A model generated the notes under the pieces. That model was not told where the DNA came from. It ran no database searches and was given only the letters and a program-made list of their open reading frames with translations. The position numbers were made by a program, and so were the translations under genes. From an uncultured Thermoplasmata archaeon (lineage in GTDB: Archaea > Thermoplasmatota > Thermoplasmata > UBA10834), in assembly GCA_964488505.1 (NCBI GenBank), contig CAZAUI010000002.1, forward strand, positions 3,722 through 67,721: DNA of 64,000 nucleotides, given 5' to 3'. Below, one piece after another: positions 33,301-41,048 of the stretch (its first letter is position 1; the number at the start of each line of letters is the position of its first letter).

Positions 33301-35318
33301 TCTGGTCCTCGACCAGCTTCTCGGTCGAGGTCGAGGCCGTGAACGACTGGCCGGTCATATCGCTGATAGACCCGCTGGTCGTGCACTACGAGGTGCTATA
33401 CATCTACAACCTGAGGTACTACATCGAGGACGTGGACAACACGCAGGACGAGCTGTCCATGTGGGTCGATGACGAGAACGCGCCCTATGTGACCGTCCAG
33501 GACCTCGCGCTGCACATCACCTATCCGGCCGAGATGGACGGGATGACGCAGACCGTGATCGTCACCGTGAGCGACGGCATGGCGGGCACATCCACGGTCA
33601 TACAGGTGACGGTCTCGGACAACAACGTGCCGGTGACGGCGGACACCATCCCGGGGGTCGACATATACCAGGGCGAGGCGCTGCTGGACGTGTTCGACCT
33701 CGACGACTACTTCACGGACCCTGACGGGGACGACCTCTCATTCGCGTACTGGTACAGCCACGTGCTCGTGAACGTGAGCGCGGACCACGAGGTCAGCTTC
33801 TTCGCGCCCACGGACTGGTGGGGCAGCGAGTATGTCATATTCAGCGCGACGGACGAGTACGGCGCCAGGGTCGAGAGCGCGGCGACCGTCCTGGTCCACC
33901 GGGTGAACCAGGCGCCGGTCGTAGAGGGCGTGCCCGACCTCGTGGTGAGGTACGACCTCGAGTACAGGTTCGACCTGACCTGGTACGTCTCGGACCCGGA
34001 CAACGACGTGGACGACCTGCATATCACCACGAACGACCCGCACGCGGTGCCGTCAGGGATGATTCTCTCCCTGGAGTACCCGTTCAGCATGACCGGCACA
34101 TCCGTGTTCGTCACGATAACCGTCAGCGACGGGGAACTCCACGACAACGACACCGTCAAGGTCACCATAGGCGACAACACGCCGCCGAGCGCGACCGCCC
34201 TGCCGTTCCATTCGTTCCAGGAGGACCTGCCGGTGCCGTATCCCTCCACGGGAGGGCTGGAGGCGTACTTCGACGATGAGGACGGCGAACAGCTCACGTT
34301 CGAGGCCTTCTCGCTCACGGACGGGGTCTCCGCCAGCGCATCCGCGGATCCCCAGGACGAGTGGAGCGTCGCGTTCACCACGACGGCCAACTGGAACGGG
34401 TACGCCTGGTTCGTGGTCCGAGGCACGGACCCCGGAGGGGCGATCGTCGAGACGGTGGCCGAGCTGACGGTCTTCTCGGTCCCCGACGCGCCCGCGATCG
34501 CATTCAACGAGACGATAGAGGTCTACACGGGCGTGCAGAGGGCCGTGGACCTGTACGAGTGGGCGAGCGACCCCGACCTGCACGCGCAGGGGCTGGAATT
34601 CACCGTGTCGAGCACGTACGCGGCCTACGCGACCGTGATAGAGGGCGTGCTCATCCTGGAGTTCCCGCACGAGTTCCTGGACGGCGGCGAGGAGCAGAGG
34701 GCGATCGGCATATCCATATCGGTGTCGGACCCGGACGGGCTCCACGGGACCGACGTCCTGTCGGTCGTGGTCGTGGGGACGCTCGAGCCCGGGAACGACG
34801 AGTGGCTCATCGTGGGCATGGTCGCCATGGCTGCGGTGGCCGCAGGCTCCTTCGTGGTCGCCATGAGGCTCAGGAAGAGGCCGTTCGTCATCAAGGACAT
34901 CATGGTCATTCACAACGACGGCTTCCTGATAGGCAGGGCCGCGGCGAAGACGGAGGGCGAGATAGACGAGGACGTCCTGAGCGGCATGCTCACGGCGGTG
35001 CTCAACTTCGTCGAGGACTCGATGGCGAAGACGCAGGACGGCCTCAGGAGCTTCGGCTTCAAGCACTACAAGGCCCTCGTCAAGAGGGGCAGGATGACCT
35101 ACATGGCGGTCGTGTACGAGGGAGACGCACCCGAGGCGGTCGAGGACAGGCTCGCGGAGTTCCTGGCCAAGGTGGAGAAGATCTACCGCAAGAGGATAGA
35201 GAACTGGACCGGGGACATGGACACCGACTTCGCCGGGATAGAGGTGCTCCTGAAGGCGTTCGTGAAGGAGAACAGCAGGAAGGCGAACGGCCTGAACGGC
35301 AAGGGGAAGGCCGCCTGA
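30393..35318 (+). CDS. Giant single-pass surface protein (~1641 aa): signal/TM, DNRLRE-like domain, ConA-like lectin/glucanase domain, Ig-like (Big_2-type) domain, ~7 cadherin-like modules, TM, cytoplasmic Roadblock/LC7-like domain
   Basis: The N-terminal hydrophobic segment is ALASFLVCAFMLLSSLSIFSG. A DNRLRE-type stretch (SYISENWPNDNYGDASGLYL...MRIVMQFDVSSIP...ATLWLYQ...SEVSWTRNA) lies at about nt 30790-31095. A ConA-like region (PEWNWMN...GRLHVTG...AGLLLYESSSDWMYVAK...YASTDGESYQLV...VGLFVYS) lies at about 31420-31980. Module ends are cadherin-like (VEVEAVNDWPV, VTVSDNNVPV, VLVHRVNQAPV, VTIGDNTPP, LTVFSVPDAPA). The TM WLIVGMVAMAAVAAGSFVVAM starts at nt 34803, followed by RLRKRP. The cytoplasmic tail spans 34866-35315. 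Confidence 0.85.
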   Translation: MSIPSEHAGTHEAKTTPSEALASFLVCAFMLLSSLSIFSGDAVSDPVVVDNPDDTRTVVWDFDSPDGYLMTGTELVGGDAVLEYLNLTDGDHEYEDYSAGTLTNVDVESIPGSAIIGSGGPVETYVSEPGPNVTDSYISENWPNDNYGDASGLYLDSEADKMMRIVMQFDVSSIPSIAHITNATLWLYQQSGSRGDDIVCNVYSLSVPFVESEVSWTRNATASPWTNAGGDYDNYSYGTLTIPIRLGWHGADLSELVEAWTDGAVTNNGFILVPEPTVSDCQKVFQSSDDNEPIEHGPWLIVNYTVPANAGIMESRVIGPGTNSTFTSASYYTSALSRLDDDFSGTAAFPEWNWMNTPAAYDINSTTPGRLHVTGSPETEAQDTTVTCNFIHQSVTGDFSASTYLEDGFTEMTMGAGLLLYESSSDWMYVAKAQFAMNSRVQAVVCQGGTSTLMSDIVWPEYYSAHLKMERNSTGVWFYASTDGESYQLVYSHESGTPLADWLSVGLFVYSNSLTQPVVEFDHFTVAFSEMPSVEVKVRYGNSTLLSDPSWEDWESASTISSPATLGQTGKYLQYRASISSPEDWYTPVFSDFDCWYGMYRDSGVITTPEHVPTDFSYWIGMTTNETDDGGYVMYRYSTDGGDTWLPAGTGGSYSISSIEPSFMIRAEVYTYDTLRSPRVHSVSATHVTAVSYLEVVAPSQVVAGASFSVTITAKDGSDDTMVHWDGGLQLMAVDLDGTTPLHPDLAETEAWITDYGSVTILNERYTQAGAILIRVETEEGAFGLSGAIEVVPSTISSLHIEPTVDTLLEGAQQVFTGVARDAYGNTLTDVNYSWSVDEDIGSLNTYNGSTVIFTAGEAGNSGYLSVSVEGLTASLLITITHTANAPVFTEDPADQSVYEDAGSWTIDLAPIVVDAVHQDYELRWYATGENVIDVSGENRTGNLVMTLSTLPDISGTDVLNVVVVDPDGLWSSTSFSVEVEAVNDWPVISLIDPLVVHYEVLYIYNLRYYIEDVDNTQDELSMWVDDENAPYVTVQDLALHITYPAEMDGMTQTVIVTVSDGMAGTSTVIQVTVSDNNVPVTADTIPGVDIYQGEALLDVFDLDDYFTDPDGDDLSFAYWYSHVLVNVSADHEVSFFAPTDWWGSEYVIFSATDEYGARVESAATVLVHRVNQAPVVEGVPDLVVRYDLEYRFDLTWYVSDPDNDVDDLHITTNDPHAVPSGMILSLEYPFSMTGTSVFVTITVSDGELHDNDTVKVTIGDNTPPSATALPFHSFQEDLPVPYPSTGGLEAYFDDEDGEQLTFEAFSLTDGVSASASADPQDEWSVAFTTTANWNGYAWFVVRGTDPGGAIVETVAELTVFSVPDAPAIAFNETIEVYTGVQRAVDLYEWASDPDLHAQGLEFTVSSTYAAYATVIEGVLILEFPHEFLDGGEEQRAIGISISVSDPDGLHGTDVLSVVVVGTLEPGNDEWLIVGMVAMAAVAAGSFVVAMRLRKRPFVIKDIMVIHNDGFLIGRAAAKTEGEIDEDVLSGMLTAVLNFVEDSMAKTQDGLRSFGFKHYKALVKRGRMTYMAVVYEGDAPEAVEDRLAEFLAKVEKIYRKRIENWTGDMDTDFAGIEVLLKAFVKENSRKANGLNGKGKAA

Positions 35319-35348
35319 GCATCTGAGGGATGAAAAGTCGAGGGGCGG

Positions 35349-35368
35349 GGGCCGCTCACATGCGGCCC
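35349..35368. terminator. GC-rich hairpin between the convergent giant genes (candidate bidirectional terminator element)
   Basis: gggccgc-tcacat-gcggccc forms a 7-bp stem with a 6-nt loop in the 81-nt convergent gap. Archaeal termination normally relies on T-tracts, so the function is uncertain. Confidence 0.25.
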
Positions 35369-35399
35369 GGGCCCTGTTCGGGTTTGTCGTCTGTACGTC

Positions 35400-38300
35400 C
35401 TAGCGCGGAGGTGGCGGTGGCTCCTCGCCCTGCGGAGGCTGCTGTCCTCCCTGCGGGGGGCTCTCTTCCAGCATCTGGACCGAGTACCCGGTCATCTGAT
35501 TCATCTTAGAGAGCTCCTCGGACCTGGTCGCCTTCTTCCGCATCCCGAATATGAAGCCGATCGAGATGATGGCTATCAGGGCGAGGATCAGTATGACCAT
35601 CCACCAGTCGAAGCTGAACGTCGTCGCGCCCTTCACGATCACGGTCTTCACCGTCTCGTTGAGCCCGGCCTCGTCCACGGAGTAGTACTCGAGCGTGTGG
35701 TCGCCGCTGCCCCTGACCTCGAACTCGCCGTTGTACACGACCCAGTCGCCGCCGTCTATGCGGTACATGGTGACGGACACGCCTGAGCCGTTCCCGTCTA
35801 CCGCCACCAGCGTCACGTCTGAGCCGTCGACCGTCGCCGTCGTCGTGGGAGCCGCGAGGTCCACCTTCACGGTGTATGTGGAAGTCTCGCCCTCGTGGCC
35901 CGCGACATCGACGGCGTAGAACTCGAGCTCGTACGAGCCATCCTCGGCCACGGGGACCGTCAGCCCGGTCAGCTCCGTCCACTCGCCGCCGTCCATGCGG
36001 TACATGATCATCGCGAGGCCGGACGACTCGTCCGTGACCTCGAACGTCACGACCGCGTTCGCCGTGACCCAGCCGTCCAGGCCTTCGGTGCCCGCGACGG
36101 AGACCGAGGCCACAGGCGCGACCGTGTCTATCATGACCAGGAAGGTCCTGACAGGCTCCGCGTTGCCCGCCATGTCGGTCGAGTAGTACTGGAGCGTGTG
36201 GATGCCGTCCCCGGCCACGTCGAACGGGGCCGAGTATGTCTGCCAGCCCTGGCCGTCCAGGTTGTAGGATGTGTTCGCTACGCCGCCGGTGCCTCCGGTC
36301 GCGACCATGGAGACCTCGACATCGGACACGAACCATCCCTCGAGGCCCTCGTCGCCTGTGATCTCCAGGGTCGTCAGCGGGCGCTCCTCGGATATCAGGA
36401 GGTCGCCGAACAGGTCAAGGTCGTACGTGTCGAGCCCCATCACAGGCCATGTGCTGGATGCGCCGTCTTCCGCGTCGTACGCCAGCCGCGCACCCAGTCC
36501 GATGACCTCGCCCATGGATGCGTCCACGAGCGCCAGCGGGATGCAGAACTCGTACACCCTGTGTCCGTCCGCGAGCGCCTCAGACGGGCCGAACCCTAAC
36601 GCGCCCGCAAGGCCCTCGTGGTCCGACAGGGTCGGGTCGAAGGGCGCACAGTAGTCGTCGTAGTCGTAGTGCGTGGTCAGTGTGCCTATGAACAACGACT
36701 CGATGACGAACATGTCATCCTCGCCAGGGACCTGGTACTCGTCGTTCCAGGTGTCGAATGCCAACCCCGAGCCGTCCCCGACGGACTCCGTGAGGTCGCC
36801 GGTCGCGTCCATGAGCACGAACAGGTGCGTCGCGTTGTTCATCACATACATGGACGCCTCGACCTCGTTCGTGCTGTCGGCGGCCATGGCGCCGACCTCG
36901 GTCGCGCCGAACCACTCGCCGGCATCGACGGAGCCGTCCACGGACGGCGACTCGTACGCCCAGCCCGACTCCAGCAGAGGCGGAGACGGGTCGAAGTCGT
37001 CCTGGTCGTACGCGCTCAGATAGTGGGTGTCCGTGTCCATCGGCGAGCCCGCAGCGTCGTACAGCGTCAGCAGGACATAGTACGGCCAGTACTCCGCGTT
37101 TTCCACGAGCCACGCGTCGAAGGACAGCTCGACATGCTGCACGCCCTCGACGAGCGTCACCTGGGTGAGGTACCCGTCCACGAAGTCGTAGTCGGCGTCG
37201 CGGAGCTCCCCGTACACCCAGAAGACCCCTCCGTACGTCACATAGACCGCCGCGTCCACCGTGAGGTAGTCGTACAGGAGGTCGCCGTCATCGTCCACCG
37301 CCTCGTCGGTGTGGGGTGGATAGAACCAGGCTGGCGGGCCCTCGAAGTCGTCGTATACGTAGTAGTTGTTCGTGTAGAGATCCTCGCTGGACTGGACCAT
37401 GCCCTCGGCGTCGTAGGCCGTCAGCTCGACCTCGAAGTAGTCGTACCAGCAGTAGGTGTTGTATATCTTCCAGCCCTCGAACATAAGCGTGACCACATTG
37501 TTCCCCGCGCTGAGGGCCCTGGTCTCGCTCACGCTCGCGTAGTACCAGCCGTAGAGATACAGGTCTGCCTCGACGGTGTACTCTCCAGGCTCGTAGCAGT
37601 AGACCCCGATCTCAAGGACGAGGTAGTCGTACAGGATGTCCGAGTCCCAGTCATCGCCGTAGTCGTCATGGATCCAGTAGTCGAGTTCCACGCCCAGCGG
37701 GTCGAAGTCTTCCGGATAGTAGTAAGTCGACGTCCCGTAGGAGCCGTAGTCGTACATGAAGGACGAAATGGCGTCGTATGCGTACATGTCGAAGTACCAG
37801 TACCCGCCATAATACGATTCCATCTGGATCTCGTTCGACGGTATCGCGACCTCCAGCATGGTCCTCTCGCCCTCGAGCAGGTACATCGAGAACAGGAACT
37901 CGTCGTTGAAGTACCCGTAGTAGTCCTGGGCATAGACCCAGATGTCGTAGTAGCCGTCCGAAGACGCGTTCACGTAGAACGTCATCACGAGCCAGTCGTA
38001 GAGACCGTTGCCGTCGTCGTCCCTGCCGTAGTCGGCGTACGGCTCCTCGAAGTACGCTCCCACGGGGTCGAATTCGTCCAGGTAGTACCAGTCCGAATAA
38101 TAGTAGACGGAATCGAGGATGACGGTCTCGTCCTCGTCGAACACATACATCTCGATGTATATCTGGCCGTCCAATCCGTTCATGACGAAGTCCTCGCCGC
38201 TCACCACGATCTCCCAGTAGTAGGTCACACCCTCCTCGATGAGGACCGCGTCCTCGACCCAGTACAGGTAGTAGTAGCCGTAGTTGTACACGTACACATC

Positions 38301-40901
38301 CGCCCCCAGGGAGTAGTTCCATGTGGGATCGGCGTCGACGGGCACCGTGAGGACAATCCCGTTGTAGTACCCGTCGGCGTCCGTGTCGACGCCCTCGTCG
38401 GTGACGGTCCCTATGGTCGCTCCTACGGGGTCGAAGTCCCCTGGATAGTAGTAGGCGGTGTTGTAGCTCTCATAATCGAAGTAGTAGGACGTGGCCTCGT
38501 CCCGCAGGTCCATGTCGAGGTAGAACGGGGAGTCGAGCCAGTTCACGTATATCTCGTACCCCGGGATCACGATCTCCCAGTAGTACGGCACGGCCTCCTC
38601 GAGGTGCACGGTCTCGGTGACCTCCATGTCCCACCCGCCGTAGTAGTCATAGACCCATGTGTGAAGGACGAAATCGCCGTCGGATACAGGGTCGACGGTC
38701 ACGTTGACCACGACCTCGTTGTAATACCCGTCCGAATCGGTGTCCCGGGCGCTGTCGGTCATCGTGCCGAAGTACGCCCCGTAGGGGTCGAAGTCGTAGT
38801 AGTAGTAGTACGAGGTGGTGTAGAACGAATTGTCGTTCTCGACCTCGGACTCAGAATCCCAGAGATGCATGTCGAAGTACCAGTTGCCTGATATCCCGGT
38901 CAAGTAGATGACCTTGGACGGGACGGAGATGTTGTACGCTATCGTCGTGCCCTCCGTCAGGCTCAGTGTTTCACTGACATGTTGCACTTGATTGTACCAC
39001 GGGTCGTAGACCCCCGCCTCGAACACATAAGTGTCTGTCTCGAAGCACTCTATGTACGCCGTGACCACGAGCGAGTTGTACAGGGTGTCGCCGTCAGAGT
39101 CCACTGTGGCCTCGTCCGGAGGCTCGACGAATGACGTCCGCGGACCCTCGAACTCGTCCGCGAGATATGTGGCCGTATAGTGCAAGTCGAAGTCCAGCCA
39201 ATCCCCGATTTCCGTGTAGAGGTCCATGTAGACGACGTACGGGCCGTCGAGGCCCGTCAGGTTGATCGCCATCGCGTCGAAGATGAGGTCGACCGTCTGG
39301 AGGCCGGCGTCCAAGGTGACCTCCACGCTCATCTCCTCTATGAACGTGCCCCAGTTGACTTCGTGCAGATTGACCTCCAGGACGAAGATGCCGGCTTCCT
39401 CCACCGCCACTGATGCGGACACCACGAGCGCGTCGTATTGGGTGTTCGAGTCGTCGTCGTCGACCGGGCTGTCCGAGTGGGGTGGCGCGAAATAGGCCGC
39501 GGGCGGGTCGAAGTCGTCGTACAGGTATCCGTAGGTCTCGAAGCCGTAGTAGGTGTCAATCAACTCGCCATAGTAATCGTACAGGTAGATGTCGACGAAG
39601 TACGGCCCGTCGGCGCCGTATGTGAATATCTCTTCGCCGGAGAAGCCGACGGTCACGTATGACGTCCCTGTCGGGAGCAACCAGTACCCGCCGGAGTACG
39701 ATATCGTGTTCGTGTATGCGTCGTTCAAGGACGCTGACAGGTACACGTATTCGTTCACGATTGACTCCAACTCGACGTCGACCATGAGGTAATCGAAGTC
39801 CCCGTCGGAGTCCGTGTCGTCGCCGTAGTCGTAGTAGGTCGTGCCGAGCTGCGCCTGGAACGTCTCCGTCCAAAGGAACGACATCGCCATCACGCCCGGG
39901 TCGGCGTACGAGTACAAGGTCAGGTTCGTGGCGTCGAAGAGCGTCGTCGGCGATGCGGGCACATCGACCAGGACGTATATCGTGGTCGACTCCCCCGCGA
40001 GCAGGTCGCCCGTGTCCGGGAACCCGTTCAGGTTGTTGTCATCGAGCGGGAACATCGAGCTGTCGAGGAGCGTGACGGTCCACCCGTACATCGACGTGTA
40101 CTCGATGTCGAACGAGTCCGTGAACGCCTGGCCGTTCCTGACCATGAGCGTGTGCATGGCGGTGGCGTCCCAGCTGGCCGTCTCCTCGCTGTAGGGCGTG
40201 AACCCTATCGGGCCCGTGTCGAACATGATGGCGAGGCCGGCGTAGAGCACATCCTGGTTGTAGGAGTACTCGGTCCCCAGTTCGCCCGTGGAGTCCTCGA
40301 TGCCCACGGTCACCATGTCCCCGCCCCAGCCGTCCGTGTACTGGTACTGGAACCATATCTCGCCGGTCTCGTGGAGGATGATCTCGAATGTCAGGTAGTA
40401 GTAGTACGAGTACCTGTAGACGTTGTAGTACTCGATGACGATGTACTGGTCAGGGTCGCTCTCGTTCCCGAAGGTCTGATAGTACAGGGAGTATGTTGGC
40501 ACGTAGAGGTCGTCCCAGCACGCCGCTACGATGTTGTTGGGGGTGTTCGTGCTGGGTATCGGGTCGTTGCTGAGGTCGGACGACCCGCCATCGAACTGTA
40601 GGAAGCCGTTCGTCGAGAGGTTGAACGCTGAATAGGAATTGCCGTAGAAGTCGAACGAGAAGCCGATCGGGTACGGCCCGCCGTAGGTGTCGTCTCCGGA
40701 CAGGCTCGTGTATGTGCCGGTGCCCGCTATCTCTATCCAGTTGTACGTGACGGTCGGTTCGGGGGAGTTGCTGTCGACCCAGTAGTACCCGTATCCGTCC
40801 TGGGCGCTCTGGTTCGCCCATGCCCCGTAGGACACGATGGCGAACGCCGAGACCGTCAACAAAACCACAAGCATGCAGGCTGAGAGCTTTCTAGCAATCA
40901 T
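35400..40901 (-). CDS. Giant single-pass surface protein (1833 aa): signal peptide, NIDO-like N-terminal domain, eight ~120-aa Tyr/Asp-rich repeats with DxDxDG loops, beta-sandwich domain, three Ig-like 'YxxDG...YYSxDxAGN' modules, TM, Pro/Gln-rich cytoplasmic tail
   Basis: The signal peptide is MIARKLSACMLVVLLTVSAFAIVSYGAWA. The N-terminal domain has IGFSFDFYGNSYSAFNLSTNGFLQFDG. For the repeats, see the repeat feature below. The C-terminal modules are SYNLDGQGWQTYSAPFDVAGDGIHTLQYYSTDMAGNAEP, MYRMDGGEWTEL...GSYELEFYAVDVAGHE and MYRIDGGDWVVY...GDHTLEYYSVDEAGLNE. The TM is WWMVILILALIAIISIGFIFG, and the tail ends PPQGGQQPPQGEEPPPPPR. Confidence 0.85.
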   Translation of the reverse strand: MIARKLSACMLVVLLTVSAFAIVSYGAWANQSAQDGYGYYWVDSNSPEPTVTYNWIEIAGTGTYTSLSGDDTYGGPYPIGFSFDFYGNSYSAFNLSTNGFLQFDGGSSDLSNDPIPSTNTPNNIVAACWDDLYVPTYSLYYQTFGNESDPDQYIVIEYYNVYRYSYYYYLTFEIILHETGEIWFQYQYTDGWGGDMVTVGIEDSTGELGTEYSYNQDVLYAGLAIMFDTGPIGFTPYSEETASWDATAMHTLMVRNGQAFTDSFDIEYTSMYGWTVTLLDSSMFPLDDNNLNGFPDTGDLLAGESTTIYVLVDVPASPTTLFDATNLTLYSYADPGVMAMSFLWTETFQAQLGTTYYDYGDDTDSDGDFDYLMVDVELESIVNEYVYLSASLNDAYTNTISYSGGYWLLPTGTSYVTVGFSGEEIFTYGADGPYFVDIYLYDYYGELIDTYYGFETYGYLYDDFDPPAAYFAPPHSDSPVDDDDSNTQYDALVVSASVAVEEAGIFVLEVNLHEVNWGTFIEEMSVEVTLDAGLQTVDLIFDAMAINLTGLDGPYVVYMDLYTEIGDWLDFDLHYTATYLADEFEGPRTSFVEPPDEATVDSDGDTLYNSLVVTAYIECFETDTYVFEAGVYDPWYNQVQHVSETLSLTEGTTIAYNISVPSKVIYLTGISGNWYFDMHLWDSESEVENDNSFYTTSYYYYYDFDPYGAYFGTMTDSARDTDSDGYYNEVVVNVTVDPVSDGDFVLHTWVYDYYGGWDMEVTETVHLEEAVPYYWEIVIPGYEIYVNWLDSPFYLDMDLRDEATSYYFDYESYNTAYYYPGDFDPVGATIGTVTDEGVDTDADGYYNGIVLTVPVDADPTWNYSLGADVYVYNYGYYYLYWVEDAVLIEEGVTYYWEIVVSGEDFVMNGLDGQIYIEMYVFDEDETVILDSVYYYSDWYYLDEFDPVGAYFEEPYADYGRDDDGNGLYDWLVMTFYVNASSDGYYDIWVYAQDYYGYFNDEFLFSMYLLEGERTMLEVAIPSNEIQMESYYGGYWYFDMYAYDAISSFMYDYGSYGTSTYYYPEDFDPLGVELDYWIHDDYGDDWDSDILYDYLVLEIGVYCYEPGEYTVEADLYLYGWYYASVSETRALSAGNNVVTLMFEGWKIYNTYCWYDYFEVELTAYDAEGMVQSSEDLYTNNYYVYDDFEGPPAWFYPPHTDEAVDDDGDLLYDYLTVDAAVYVTYGGVFWVYGELRDADYDFVDGYLTQVTLVEGVQHVELSFDAWLVENAEYWPYYVLLTLYDAAGSPMDTDTHYLSAYDQDDFDPSPPLLESGWAYESPSVDGSVDAGEWFGATEVGAMAADSTNEVEASMYVMNNATHLFVLMDATGDLTESVGDGSGLAFDTWNDEYQVPGEDDMFVIESLFIGTLTTHYDYDDYCAPFDPTLSDHEGLAGALGFGPSEALADGHRVYEFCIPLALVDASMGEVIGLGARLAYDAEDGASSTWPVMGLDTYDLDLFGDLLISEERPLTTLEITGDEGLEGWFVSDVEVSMVATGGTGGVANTSYNLDGQGWQTYSAPFDVAGDGIHTLQYYSTDMAGNAEPVRTFLVMIDTVAPVASVSVAGTEGLDGWVTANAVVTFEVTDESSGLAMIMYRMDGGEWTELTGLTVPVAEDGSYELEFYAVDVAGHEGETSTYTVKVDLAAPTTTATVDGSDVTLVAVDGNGSGVSVTMYRIDGGDWVVYNGEFEVRGSGDHTLEYYSVDEAGLNETVKTVIVKGATTFSFDWWMVILILALIAIISIGFIFGMRKKATRSEELSKMNQMTGYSVQMLEESPPQGGQQPPQGEEPPPPPR
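36999..39872 (-). repeat. Eight tandem ~120-aa (~360-nt) protein-level repeats inside the 1833-aa gene
   Basis: The anchor motif D/E-F-D/E-(G)-P recurs at aa 463, 583, 703, 822, 943, 1065, 1185 and 1302, with spacings of 117-122 aa. Each is followed ~18 aa later by an acidic loop (DDDDSNTQYD, DSDGDTLYNS, DTDSDGYYNE, DTDADGYYNG, DDDGNGLYDW, DDWDSDILYDY, DDDGDLLYDY). A first loop, DDTDSDGDFDY, lies at aa 361-371. Confidence 0.8.
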
Positions 40902-40965
40902 TGTTACTGACTCCTCTCACTGACCGGGGGGATGGTCAATGTGTTCGGATGTCATTCGGCTGGCG

Positions 40966-40976
40966 GATATAAATAG
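40966..40976 (-). promoter_or_regulatory. TATA-box-like element upstream of the 1833-aa gene
   Basis: The minus strand reads ctatttatatc, ~65-75 nt upstream of the ATG at 40899-40901. Confidence 0.35.
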
Positions 40977-40980
40977 ACTA

Positions 40981-41002
40981 CCCCTTTCGTCGTCGAAAGG
41001 GG
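40981..41002 (-). terminator. Perfect 9-bp hairpin downstream of the zinc-finger membrane gene
   Basis: cccctttcg-tcgt-cgaaagggg lies ~47 nt after the stop at 41049. It is followed on the minus strand by the T-rich tagtctatttatat. Confidence 0.35.
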
Positions 41003-41048
41003 AATCCCCTGGGCCGCAGGTGTGATGAAGGATTTGCGCGGGCGGAGG

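Noticed and set aside
32361-33386. 341-aa minus-strand ORF (and the similar 34053-35066 ORF, 337 aa) antisense to the + strand giant gene.
   Set aside because: These are Arg/Val/Asp-rich antisense frames with no motifs. The + strand frame shows cadherin-like module boundaries and a TM with a cytoplasmic domain.
36618-38891. 757-aa + strand ORF antisense to the 1833-aa gene.
   Set aside because: The V/H/R/D-rich translation is the mirror of the Tyr/Asp-rich repeats (GTA/GTC/GTG are complements of TAC/GAC/CAC codons). It has no signal, TM or domain pattern. The minus-strand frame has a signal peptide, regular repeats and a TM.
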